Source: Marsupella aquatica (lineage: Eukaryota; Plantae; Marchantiophyta). From it: a DNA stretch of 64,000 nt. The stretch lies in NCBI GenBank assembly GCA_973895155.1, contig OZ316893.1, positions 24,851,520 to 24,915,519 of the forward strand. Direction: 5' to 3'. Shown in pieces: positions 14,418-26,561 of the stretch (its first letter is position 1; the number at the start of each line of letters is the position of its first letter). Made by a program: the position numbers and the translations under genes. Below the pieces are notes generated by a model. It worked only from the letters and a program-made list of their open reading frames with translations, made no database searches and was not told where the DNA came from.

Positions 14418-14641
14418 ACCAAATTGCCCCACGTTTGTAAGTAACTTTACGAGAACTACTGGACAACAATAACCGTCATTTCCAGGAGTTTGTTTTTAGA
14501 TTAATGGTAATCTTTCATTCTTTTAGATCACCAAATTGCCCCACGTTTGTAAAGAACTTTACCAGAACTACTGGACAACAATAACCGTCATTTCCAGGAG
14601 TTTGTTTTTAGATTATTGGCAATCTTTTATTCTCTTAGATC
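14418..14641. repeat. Tandem duplication, ~112 bp x2
   Basis: ACCAAATTGCCCCACGTTTGTAA...TAGATC repeated nearly identically. Confidence 0.9.
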
Positions 14642-15045
14642 AACTGACCAACACACTTTGGCTTTATATGAAATTGACAGATCACTAGTACAAAAAATAT
14701 CCTAATCATACATGGACGGCCCCCCTCAAATTTCATGTGTGGACAATGGAGTTGGGACCAAAGTTTAGACCACCACTTGAGGTGGTAATCTGAAAGGACC
14801 TAGCAGACCTTCTCATTCTGTGAGAACACATTACTAAACCTACTATGTGATCATTTTTGATGTCTAAATAGAATTTGTGGATCAGGTATGGTAAAACATA
14901 AGATAGTGATGGGTCAAAATTTGTCTTCTCCTTCTTGTAGAGTCCCCTAGTTTCACCCAAAGCGAATAGGAGGGCCAATCTTGTTCCAAAGATAGATTCC
15001 AGACCAAAAAACTTTTGAAATACAATTTAGAAACGCTAATCACTC

Positions 15046-15360
15046 AAACCAAGGAGCCCAAGCGCTTGGAAATGCCTGGACCACAGCTGGAGGCGGTCTA
15101 AAACTGTAGAAAAAAAGTAATCCACATCAGCATTTACTTGGGGCCACTATCTGCCACGTATAGGTGAAAAAAGTGAAACCAAGGAGCCCAAGCGTTTGGA
15201 AATGCCTGGACCACAGCTGGAGGCGGACTTAAAGTGTAGAAAAAAAGAAGTAATCCACATCAGCATTTACTTGGGGCCACTATTTGCCATCTAGAATAGG
15301 TGAAAAAATTAGTGATCCACATCAGCATTTACCTGGGGGGCCATTATTTGCCATGTAGCA
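15046..15360. repeat. Tandem duplication, ~130 bp x2 plus a partial copy, upstream of the bHLH gene
   Basis: AAACCAAGGAGCCCAAGCG...TCCACATCAGCATTTAC..GGGGCCA repeated. Confidence 0.9.
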
Positions 15361-15861
15361 TAAGTAGAGACCAGACCTAAATGATTTCTCATGCATCCAA
15401 AGTCAACTGCAACCCATTTCCACTAATGATAGCATCCGCATTGTAACCGAGAGGGCATAAAGGTTCCCTTTCCGTTCATTATAGTATCCACATTTTAAGC
15501 TAAGGGAATAAAACGAAGCAATGGGCCCGACGTTTTGTAAACCGCCCTAAATCCCCCCCTTTTCGCTACACGAGAGAAATGTGCCTTGTGGTTTTGCACT
15601 GAGGCTTTCTTTCAGCCACGAACAGCGGACCAGAGCAGACCAGAGCAGACCAGAGCTGAGCTGAGCTGAGCTTGCGACTCTGTTTTTGGGACTCTGTTTC
15701 GCGACTCTGTTATCATTGCGTTGCAGGTGTTGTCGTTGGCGATGGCCGCGGCGGCTTCAGCTACGATCGTCGGTGCTTTTCATGGATCCGTTGCTGCGCG
15801 GTAGACGACTGCAATCCAGGTGTGTATCTCGATCGAAGGCCACGGCGAGCAATAAAAAAAG

Positions 15862-15865
<4 letters not shown>

Positions 15866-15903
<38 letters not shown>
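15866..15903. repeat. (GA)n microsatellite in the probable 5' leader of the bHLH gene
   Basis: Perfect GA run; a shorter one at ~16436-16453. Confidence 0.95.
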
Positions 15904-15906
<3 letters not shown>

Positions 15907-17540
15907 GTAGGTGGTCGTCTGTTGTAGCTCGGATGAAGTCAGAGGCAGTCGGTTGCAGACCGTGAGAGACTGAGAGGGAGGAAAGGTAATGGTTGGCGTC
16001 GGGGCGGTGGGGTTGGGTATGGTGGGCGAGGAATCTGTCTAGGAAGAAGAGCTACTGCTTCGTTTGCGGAAATTGATGATTGATTGATTTTGTTCTCACT
16101 TCCTGACTGACGAGAATTCGTAGACAATGTCACTGAGTGAGAGATCATGGGGTATTTCACCGGCTGGCTGCTGATGTCGGTCAGTTGTCTGGTGGCCTAT
16201 CCCCCGTTCCTGTCTCGCCTCCGCTCTCTCTGTCGCCGACCCTTGCTGGCCCCTTCGTTTACGGAAGACTTTCCCAGCTCCTAGTGTACCTCCTCCTTCT
16301 CCCTTGCTCTGCGCCTCGTCTTCCTGCGCTTCTCGTTAACCTCCTATTTTTGGATTGTGTTTGCTCTTCTCATTTCGTCGAATTTCTGCACAGAACTTCC
16401 GTGGCGCTGAGGACGGTGCGGGGCGTAGACATTGAGGAGAGAGAGAGAGAGAGGGAGTAAATCGAAGGTGTTCGCTCTTGTCTCGTCGATTTTATGCAGC
16501 GAACTTACGTGGCGATTTGGATTCTGCCGGGACCAGAGATTGGTTAGAGATCGAGAGAGAGGGAGATACTCGAAGCAGCTAGCGCGAACGGCTGACTTGG
16601 TGGCGTCGGATATCATTCTATCACAGACCGGAATTGTGTGAAGGCGTTACGGACTTTTCTCAACTGGGAGTCGGAGGAGGAGGAGAGGAGAGGAGTGGAG
16701 GAGGCTCGGACATATTCCTTGGATACAGCAAGGACGTCAAGGGTTCCTGCTGCTCTCCCTGTCTCGTAGGCTTCCGGAGTTGCTGCTGGCTGCTGGTCTC
16801 CGTTTGAAGGCTTCTTGAAGAGAACGTTCGATTTAGGGTCCAGCTACGAAGGCCAAATCTCTCGGGCCCTTACTTCCATGTACTGCGTTTGCGTTCCCCA
16901 ATCTACGCCACAACCCCCGGCTCAGCAGGATTGATTTTGTCGGCTGATTCACTCACTCAACCCGAAGCGTGTGGTGGAAGACTCCAAAGAGGCTGTTTGA
17001 CTTTGCTAGCAGCATCAGAGCAAAGCAGGTCCAGCGTTCTTGTGTGTCTCACGTCCTATGATGAGTAAGCTCTCTTTCTCAAGAGAGGATGCAAAGAGAA
17101 CGTAGCGGAGGATCTCCTTGCCGGTTTGCAGAAGCAGCTAAGGTGGACAGAAGTTGGCTCATCTGTTTGGGTTGCTTGTCGCGCGGTAATACTAGAACTG
17201 TCTCAGTAAGGGAGCGTCTCCAACTGCAAGCTTGTATAATTCCAGGGATTTCGAGTCTTCCATCTTCACACAGATTAAGGCGACTAGGTGCGGAGACCCC
17301 TGGTGCAAATTAATCGAATAATTGAACCATTTCTGATTGCGAACGACTGGCATGGAGCCCATAGTTTTGGATCATGGACGCCGTTGGAGAATGGGGGACC
17401 GGTTGCATCGTGCCGCTGTAGTTTGAGAGGGAGTAATTTGTGACTGTGACAGTCTGTTGGGTACCCGAAGTCGTTGAAGTTGCTCACAAGAGGGACCAAA
17501 TTGGTAGTCTCACGATGGGATCGAAGTGCCCGCTCCCGTA

Positions 17541-19019
17541 ATGTTACCAGCTCCACATTCTTTTTCACCAGGTGAGTACTACATCGATTGTCATGGCTTC
17601 ATGAATTCGGGTCCCGCTCAATTAATTGTCTGTCTAGAATTCTAAGAAACAGTTTCCGTGCCTTCCTCGGAAATGTTCATGCTTGAATCCGGCTAGTGGC
17701 CAAGCGATGAACGATGTAGGTGCGTGTGTGGATACTCTTGTTTGTGGTGGTACTGCGGAATAGTCTGTTTAGAGCAGAGCACTTTTGTGAAGCAGTGACT
17801 TCCCCCTTTTTTTCCTTTTTAGCTGGGTTTCCTGTGTTTACTGTAGTAGAACATTCAAGAGAAGCTTTTCTGTGGTCCTGCTTGACAATAATGCTTGCTT
17901 GATCTAGAATGTATGGCGTTCTGATCGTTGGAGTGTAGGGTTTTTCCCAATAGAAAGATATGTTTGTTGTTACCTGGCTGCAATCTGTGTTGGGCCGTGC
18001 GTACTGTATTAGAGAAATTGGTTTTCCGAGTGGTTTTTGTGGGACTGTGAACAGTCTCCTTGATATAGAAATTATGACACGCCTGGGAAGCTTCAGAGGT
18101 ATAACTCAGCTCCTGTCTATATCTCTCGAGATTCAGGCGGAGCTGTCCAAGTAAAACGAGGAGTCCTCCACTTGAGAGTTGACAAGTTACTGTAGTCGGA
18201 ACTAAGCTTGTAGCCCCTTGTGAGCCTCATATCCAAAATTATGCCTTATCACATATGCTATATTAGTCCCGGCACAATGACTCTGGCGGCACCTCTGTTT
18301 CCCTGGGTTATCTGGTGTTCGGACAGACGGACGGAAGGAAGGAAGGAAATATTTTTCCTTTAGAGCCCTAACTAGCTCGGGAATGAGTTTGAAGGTGGAT
18401 TATGTAGAGGGCCGAAGTCTCGATATCATGCTCCGTTGGAAAGGGGGAAAGGGGGGGGGGGAAGAGCGGGCGCGCGCGCATGGTTTTACCTCCAGTACTG
18501 GATCCTTCCTCTAGTTCACAAGTAAAGACCTTTGTCACATCCTCGGCACTTGAGTACAGCATTCTGTTCTCCTCAACTTGACGAAAGGAGATTCTAGGCG
18601 TTAGTTTGAGTGACGACTCTAGTAGAGCTCTTCTCCCATCACGAGTATGTTTGTTATTGTGCCTATTTGCCTCCGAGGGCAGCCGGAGACTTCCTGTGCA
18701 ACATTTTCTGGTAGCGGTCTGTTGATTTTGAAGGACAACAAGTTGACTTAGTCATGAAAAGATTCAAAGAGGCTGACGAGCTACTGGCTGTATATTTGCA
18801 TAGTAAGCCACGAGAGCAGGGCCTGAAATGGGCTCCCTCATCCGTTTGGGCTAGCAAGAATAGGTTGCAACAAGTTCAGTCATCATAAAATAAAATTTCT
18901 GCAGAGTGATTGCTGAGCTAATGTGAGCTAACGCCAAAGGTCGATATGTGTAACGTGCAGGAGATATGCCGTTGCATCAAAATGGCGCCAGCAGTCAAGA
19001 AAAGGAACTTGTCCTCTGA
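17541..19019 (+). promoter_or_regulatory. Predicted intron-spanning uORF (29 aa) overlapping the bHLH start codon
   Basis: ATG 17541; donor CAG|GTGAG at 17571/2; acceptor GCAG| at 18960. Spliced frame reads MLPAPHSFSPGDMPLHQNGASSQEKELVL*, with the stop at 19017-19019, out of frame with the main ATG at 18982. Confidence 0.45.
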
Positions 19020-22000
19020 TGCTCCCAAGAACCCATATCGAGGGCAGCTACAAGGAGCTGCCCAAAGCATCAAGTGGACCTACGCCGCTTTGTGGCAGCG
19101 GTCGCCGACTCAGAAAGAGTACTTTCAAACTTATCATATGTGTTTGTCGTTTCTATCAATCTATTTATTTGAAGTCGCTCAATCGATTGCTTTGTCATAT
19201 TTTCAATCTTCTCAGTGATGATAATAGATGCGGTACAAGTGATAAGATGATGTTTCTATTTTGATTTGTAAAGCATGGTGAATTCGTCTGGAAACGAATG
19301 TATTGGCCTCACGCTCGCAAAGACATATCGCTGATTGTATTTTAATTGTCCCTCATTGTGAAGCGTTCTGGTTTGGGGAGATGGGTACTACAACGGAGCG
19401 ATCAAGACGCGGAAGACGGTGCAAGCCGCAGAGCTCAGTCAAGAGGAGCTTGGATTGCAGAGGACCCGGCAATTGCGAGAGCTGTATGAGACCTTATCAA
19501 CAGCTGGAGATAGCAATCAAATGAACAATCGGAGACCATCTGCATCTCTGACCCCGGAAGATCTTACCGAAACAGAGTGGTTCTATCTTCTATGCATGTC
19601 ATGCTCTTTCTCAACTGACACTGGGTATTGTTTCAACTCTTTAGGGAAACCTTTGCTCTTAGTTTAAGGGAACCTCTGTGTCAAGATAATGCAATAGTTG
19701 AGGTTTTTTCCTCTCTAGCGGAAGACAATTGCGCAAAGTGGCTCTATATTATTCAGAAAATATTCAATTTCTTGAGTTAGCCGGGTTTTCCTTCCGCTGT
19801 GCAGTACAGCAGATATTGAAGACGGTGGTCGATTGTAAAATCTCTAAGCTGCTTTGGATTATGGATAGCAAAGGGAGTGGATGATTGTCTAACGGTTTGA
19901 TATTAACTCTCAATTTTTAGATCTGAGATCTTGGAGTGAACGCAAATTTATATCAACTGTTATGTTTGCGCAGTTTGCCAGGCAAAGCTCTAAGTAAGGG
20001 GCAGCATGTCTGGCTAACTGAGGCCAACAATGCCAGTCCGGATGTCTTCACTCGATGCTTGTTGGCCAAGGTCTGGTCTCATCCACGTTGTTCATGTGAT
20101 TGAATGTAATGTTTTTAACGCTTTGTCTTACGAAGGTGATGATCGGACTGAAAGCCGTTACTTGTATGCTAATACTTATCCTATTGGAGACTCTGTTAAC
20201 CTGCCCGTGAGTTGTGGTTCATATGATTATACTTTGTGCAATACTAACATGGCTTTTCATTGAACTGTCTTAAAAAAATATGTTTCTTGCTTGGAGCATG
20301 GGTGCAGACGGCTCATATCAAGGTATGTGAAGATAACGGACAATAAACTCACTCGGCAGCATTAGGATAGAGGATTGCCTATATGTACATCATTGAAGAT
20401 CTGGCCTCAGAGACCACGAATTACCTCCTGTCATTAGTTGGCCGTAGAATTGTGTGTGGAAGCGAAGTTGCTGTCGTCGCACTTTTGATTACAACAGTTT
20501 TGACTTATTGCCTAGGAACTTGTGCTGAAGTGATACAAGTTTCTCTTACACAAAGTGACTGACGCGTCGGTCTTTGTCTATCTTGCAGACAGTTGTGTGC
20601 ATTCCGATTGGTGAGGCAGTGGTGGAGGTTGGGACCAAAGACCTTGTAAGTGCGCCCACCAGGTTCTTTTCTCTTGGATGGAAGGGATTGCACAAGCTGT
20701 ACATTCTTAATGGTCACGGTCAATAATGTATGAGGCAAGATTTAGATGGACCGACTGACTCTAGTAGCCCTCAGAAAGAAGAAATCACGATTTATGTGCA
20801 TCGATTGCGTTTATGGATCGGAATCAAGTTCTGAATGATGACCTTCGATGCCAATTTGTTGAGGATCGTTCTTTCTGCATCGTGCTTGTCAGTCCTCCTC
20901 GAATCTAACAGCAAATATTTTCTTTGCAGGTAAATGAAGATCTTTCGATTGTACAACGTATCAAGGCCTTCTTTGTCAAGCCTGTGGGGTCTGCGCAGTC
21001 TTCTTCTGGGGCTCAACATCAGGGGCCTGGTATTGGAAATCCCTATGGAGGTCATGAAAGCTGGTTAAACACCTACCAGGCTCACGGAGCCCAGATGAAT
21101 GGCATAGAAAGTGGACATGGCTTGCTTGCCGGAGATGTTTCTATGTTACTAGATAATCACATGGACCACGCTATGAATGAATTGGAGCTCGATCTTCCAG
21201 GGGCTTCAACTTCTCAAACTGATGCAATCTTACTTGGATTGGGCCAAAGTGCTGGTGTTAATGGGTTCGGAACTCAACAAGCACGGAGCACTAATGGCAG
21301 TGCATTTGTTGATTGGAGAACGAAATCTTCTCCTATCATAACGGAGCACGCTCGGAGTAATTCCCAGTGGATGTTAAAGCATGCTTTATTGCATATAACA
21401 CAGCTATACAGCACTTCGATGGATGAGATGTCAGCCTGGAATCAGGCAGAAATGGATGGACGGATTAGGGCAGGGCAACGGAAGCCCGTTAATGCTCAGG
21501 ATGATTTGAATGTGAGCCATGTGCTAGCGGAACGCCGACGACGAGAGAAGCTGAATGACAGATTTATGTCTTTGCGAGCTCTTGTTCCGTTCGTCACCAA
21601 GGTATTATCTGCATACTTAAATAGTCTTTGATTGAGTCATGTGTTTGGGCCAGGAAAATTAGTGTGCCAGGAATTGGAATGCCTCGAGTCTCTAGATAAA
21701 TGTCTGGTAGGTTTACCGGTTCGTGTAGAAGTCCTGTATGATGGGGTTGCACTGAGGCTGATGCGCCCTATCCAAGTTGAATGCCACTTGAGTCTTCAAT
21801 CGTCATTCTTGTTTTTTGATGCTGCACTGTTTAATCCCTTTACATGTGCAAATCTGGTGTTTAGATGTGGTATTCATAGCCGAATGCTTGATTGTCGTTT
21901 CTGTATTCTTTCGGTTGCTTTTGATGCCAATTCTGTTCAGAATGAAATGGTCGATTTGATTTTCTGTGTATTTGCCACGGTTGTTCCTTTTGAAAATAGC

Positions 22001-23110
22001 TGATTATGTTTTCTGTTGACTTCGTTGTATTATGCGTAGAATGAAGTGGTATATGACATTTGAGTTCTTTTAAATGTCAATTATGTAAGGATGGAATGGT
22101 TACTTCTATACTGTGTTGATTTTAATGTGAATGATCCATGCAGATGGACAAAGCATCCATTCTGGGCGATGCCATTGAGTACGTGAAGCAACTCCAGAAG
22201 CAAGTGAAGGAGATGGAGGTGCGGATGAAGCAGATGGAGTTGAAGTCGTCTCATGGTCTGGAGAGCGCTAACGGCAGTCGGAATCTCCCGGATCTGACCC
22301 CAAAGACCTCACCCTCTGAAACCTTCAACAGCTCACGAACTGATATAAACGGAAGTCAGTTGGATACGAGGCGCATGGATTTCTGCGATTTTGATGGAGT
22401 ATCTGCCCCTGTGGTTCCGAGTTGTGACAATGAAATTCGGTCTCAGGCCGAAGGGAAATCCAGCTCCAGTCAAGACAGAGAAGAGATCGATTTTTGCAAT
22501 TCTGATGAAGACGAGGCGGAGGCTTCTCCGGTTCTACGACAGCCTTTAACATCGGATGTGGAAGTAAACCTCGTCGAGGATGAAGCTTTTCTCAAGGTTC
22601 ACTGCCCATGGAGAAGAAGTGTTCTAGCAGATGTTCTGCAAACATTGAACAATTTGCAGTTGGACGTGGTCGTAGTTCAAGCAAATACCATAAATGGGAA
22701 CCTGACTACGTCATTCAAAGCTAAGGTACAGGGTGGGAACACGTCCTTGAATAGAGGATTGTACGGTTTTGCAGATTTCCCGATCTGAGCATATTATTCA
22801 TACAGCATGCAGTTTAAGGGCTGGAATCTTTAGTTGGAGAGGTCAATTTTGGGAGGTGGGACATAAAATGAGCAAGAGAGACTTCGGAGAAATCGATCGT
22901 CATAGTCGAAGACTGGGACATGGACAAAAAAGTGTTTTGCAACATTCAGCCTAACCTATACGTCGAGTAGCTAGCCTGAGCAATTCTATAGTAAGCTGAG
23001 CTAATCACATCTCTGGAATTGTGCAGTGGAAGGAGGCCACCCATGGACCGAACTCGATGAAGATGAAGATTCAGTCGGCTTTGCAAGTCATCGTCGCTGC
23101 AGCAAAGTGA
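18982..23110 (+). CDS. bHLH transcription factor, subgroup IIIf (TT8/GL3/R-like)
   Basis: Exons 18982-19118, 19364-19624, 19974-20070, 20308-20322 (15-nt microexon), 20589-20645, 20930-21601, 22144-22725, 23027-23110; all GT-AG and phase-consistent. N-terminal MYB-interacting region (WTYAALWQ, LVWGDGYYNGAIKTRKT, LTPEDLTETEWFYL), bHLH [45 protein letters not shown], C-terminal ACT-like domain. Confidence 0.95.
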
Positions 23111-24223
23111 AGCAGGACTGAATAGTGTACCATATTGAAAGGGTGGCAAGTTTGTCGTCGCAGAGCTCATTGATTTGAGTGCCTTTCCTCAAAAGACGGT
23201 ACGTTGGAGAAACAGAATGAAGCCCTTTTGTGAACTTTATCACATCTGACTGATCACATTGTCGTTCTCGTTTGCATCTTCGCAACTACTGATGCACTGC
23301 TACCTGTTTGTGTTCGTGTTTCACAGGCACAGGTACAAAAAAATCCAGCAATCGTTACTGTCAGGAACTGGGTCTTGTTACCTCAGAGCTCTTCCTGCCA
23401 AGTTTGTGTGAACGGCTTTTTCCAACTCGTGCTGGTCTCATGTACGAACAGAAACTGCCATATATTCTGTAGACTATGGATGGTACGAGTACAGTTGTAC
23501 ATTTCAAACCCGAATTCACAGCGTGCCTCCATTTGTGAGAAATAGTTCCACAGAAATTAGAACTCTTGTCGAAATAATTGGGTTCCGAAAACTCGGGACT
23601 GTGTAGGCAGGACATGCCAGGGCATTATTTGCTTCAAGGGTTTCCCTTTGGAGAAGTCATTGAACATAAGAAAAGGGGGTAAGGACCCTTTTCCTCATAG
23701 CCGAGGGTTGTGTTGCTCCTCGTCTGAAGATAGACGACCTTCCCCTCCCCTATTTGACCTCGGATCTGTATTGAATTTCTGGTATCCCTTCTTGTTACGG
23801 TGTTTTTGCCCTTGCATGTTCCTTGAGTGAATTTTTCCCAGGGAAGTATTGGCACAATTGATCATTGGAATTCAAGACATATTTGGTGTTTGTGGGCGTT
23901 TTGGGGACTTTAGGATATTTGAGATTGTTCAATGTAGCAGCAACCATACAATGTAAGATCTCCCTCCACTATTTTGAAATCAACTTGACAGAGTAGAGCG
24001 TTTTAGAACCTATTTTAGAAACCAAACTAGTAACAACATTACCCGGATCTCTGACCCGCCTGGGCAGTCGTTCACTCTTGTAACAGATAGGAGTTGGGTC
24101 CCGGCAAGTGCACATCAAAATATGACATATATGGTCGAAGACATCTCTCCATACCACAATAAACTTCTTTATTTTCTTTAAATCAATGAGTGCACACCAA
24201 ATATTACCATGTTTTTATGTTTG

Positions 24224-24418
24224 ATTACCGGCAGGGATAGGAGTTTAGGACAACACGGTTGCAAAGAATTTAATGTCCAACGCCATCCTCTAGGTTTGTC
24301 AGTGCGTTTTGATGTGTGATTACCCCGTTTTGATCTGTGATTACCGGCAGGGATAGGAGTTCAGGACAACACGGATGCAAAGAATTTAATGTTCGACGCC
24401 ACCCTCTAGGTTTGTCAG
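24224..24418. repeat. Tandem duplication, ~115 bp period
   Basis: GATTACCGGCAGGGATAGGAGTT...CTCTAGGTTTGTCAG occurs twice. Confidence 0.9.
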
Positions 24419-26445
24419 CCATTGCAATGACAAGGCAATCAAGCACCCATCCAAGCCCAGAAACCAGCAGTCTGCTAAATCATGTCAGAATCCTTATGCA
24501 GTGACGTTCATCTAGTCCTGTCATTGTACCTCTATGTCATACCATCAGCCTACATTACACCCATGGCTGATCCACTACTCTAACCTACATGTCAAGAACT
24601 TAGAAGGATATCTAGATTTTAGTATGAAGAGAAGTCCTATCACTAATGATAATAAGAAACCTCGATTCTAGTGGGGAGATACTCCCAAAAAATTCTATCA
24701 CTAACAATCTACAATTATAATATACTATCCGGCCTTTACACTCTCATCTTCCATTTTTGAAAGTGGAAAAGGGGGAAATTTGATTCTAGCCATAGGACTT
24801 ACAACAAAAACTTCCCAACCATTTGATCTGACAGAAGGGAGGAAGAAAGGCCTTGGGAGAGGCTTAGCATGTGCCCAGCCAAGTCTCAAGTCTCAATGCA
24901 CTTTAAGAATTGATGTTAGCTTGCCAGGCATGACATTGACATGGTGAGGTGAAATGGGTATGTGAAATGGGTGAGGTATGACAATGACATTGTGAAATGA
25001 AATGGGTATGAAAAGTAAAGGGGCACCAAACTACCCCTCCCATGCCTGTAGATTGCAGACTATCTCATTTTTGCTTGTAGATTGCAGACGATGATCAAGA
25101 TCGAGAATGTGTGGTTGCAAACCAATGCTTGTAGATTCCAGATGTTTACAGAACGATTGCTTGTAGAACAATTTTTCTTGTAGATTGCAAAAGACAATCG
25201 CCGGTGTGTAAGCATATGACGAGCGCAGATTGGGATTGGGATTATTCATTTTGTATCAGTTCCTTGGGCTTTCTGTTTGCAGTGTAGGAAATGCCTTTCT
25301 CTTTGCTACTTCTGCCTGCTCAATAACTTGCATGACTTGGATGTCTATCTCTAATAAGATTCTGGAAATGTCAACATAGTCGTTGGGAACTGTAGTGTAT
25401 TCTTTGCTTCCCGTGTTGGAAAATTGTCATTCAAACACAACCTTTCCTGCCTGAAATGTTTATCGGGATGAGGGTGCTAAAGATTTCAACAAACTCTGGG
25501 ACAAAGACATGAAAGGGCAAAAGATTACACAAGAGGGGATAAGATTCAAACACATTACACTTGGAAAAATATCCCTTTACTTGTCAAATATGAATATTGC
25601 TCCAGGATCCTAGATTTGAGGCACTAGCAAGTGCCAGGAACAAAATCTACTGACATGACCATTCTTGCCACAGTGGGCAATGGGGCGCAGAGAGTACTTT
25701 TATGTGTGGAGTACCTTTGAGAAAATGCGACCTTCAATTTCCTGGTCACACCCATGCATTGCACAAGGCACCCTGGAATCGAGAGATTAGGTTAAGTAGC
25801 CCTAGAAGTACATTTAATATTAAATAAATCTTAATAATGGACAATCTGGGCACGGGCAGCATTTGAGTGTGCGAAAGCAAGCCTGACCTGAAAAAGTGAC
25901 AAGTACCTGAGCCAAAATGTTAAAACACAAGGGTGGGTTTCCGGTAGGCAGTGGGGGAGAACCGAGGCACATTTAATGAGTATACTTTGTCTCCGTGAAT
26001 ACATGGAAGGTAGGAGCACATTCATTACAGAATTTTGGGTTGACTGTAATGAATGTCATATGTATGAACACAATTATTACAAAAGTTTGGGTTGACTGTA
26101 ATTGTTTGTATGTGGAATGAAAGAGCACATTCATTAAAGAATTTTGGATTTAGGGTGATTGTTAGGGGAGACTAGGTTTAGGGTGATTGTTAGGGGAGAC
26201 GTGGCATGTGAATTTTCAGGGATTGATTGGGAGTATTTTTTAAATTCTTTTATGTTATTTCCTAAGGATTTATCTATCAAGTTTTTTTTAAAATTTAGGG
26301 GGGTGGGGTGGGTGGGGTGGAGATCAAGGCTGCAAGAATGGTCATGTTTGGTTGGGCCCCAACCTTTTCAATCTAGGGTTTTCTCCCATGTTTGGACATT
26401 TATTTGGCTCCCAATCTTGCCCTTCGTTGGCTTTTCTGTCTAACA

Positions 26446-26561
26446 TTTTTTTAAAGATGTATGTGAAACCCCACAAAAAGGGAAGAGTCAGTCATAATTT
26501 GAACGCAAGACCTATCAGTCTCCACTCAAGTGAGCTAACACACAGCCATGCCTCTCTGGGC
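26446..26561 (-). mobile_element. tRNA-derived SINE, copy 1
   Basis: Reverse complement (GCCCAGAGAGGCATGGCTG...GAGTGGAGACTGATAGGTCTTGCGTTCAAAT...GTGGGGTTTCACATA plus A tail) matches 38768-38910. Degenerate ~15 bp flanking direct repeat (AAAGCAAAAGAAGGG / AAAGCCAACGAAGGG). Confidence 0.75.
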
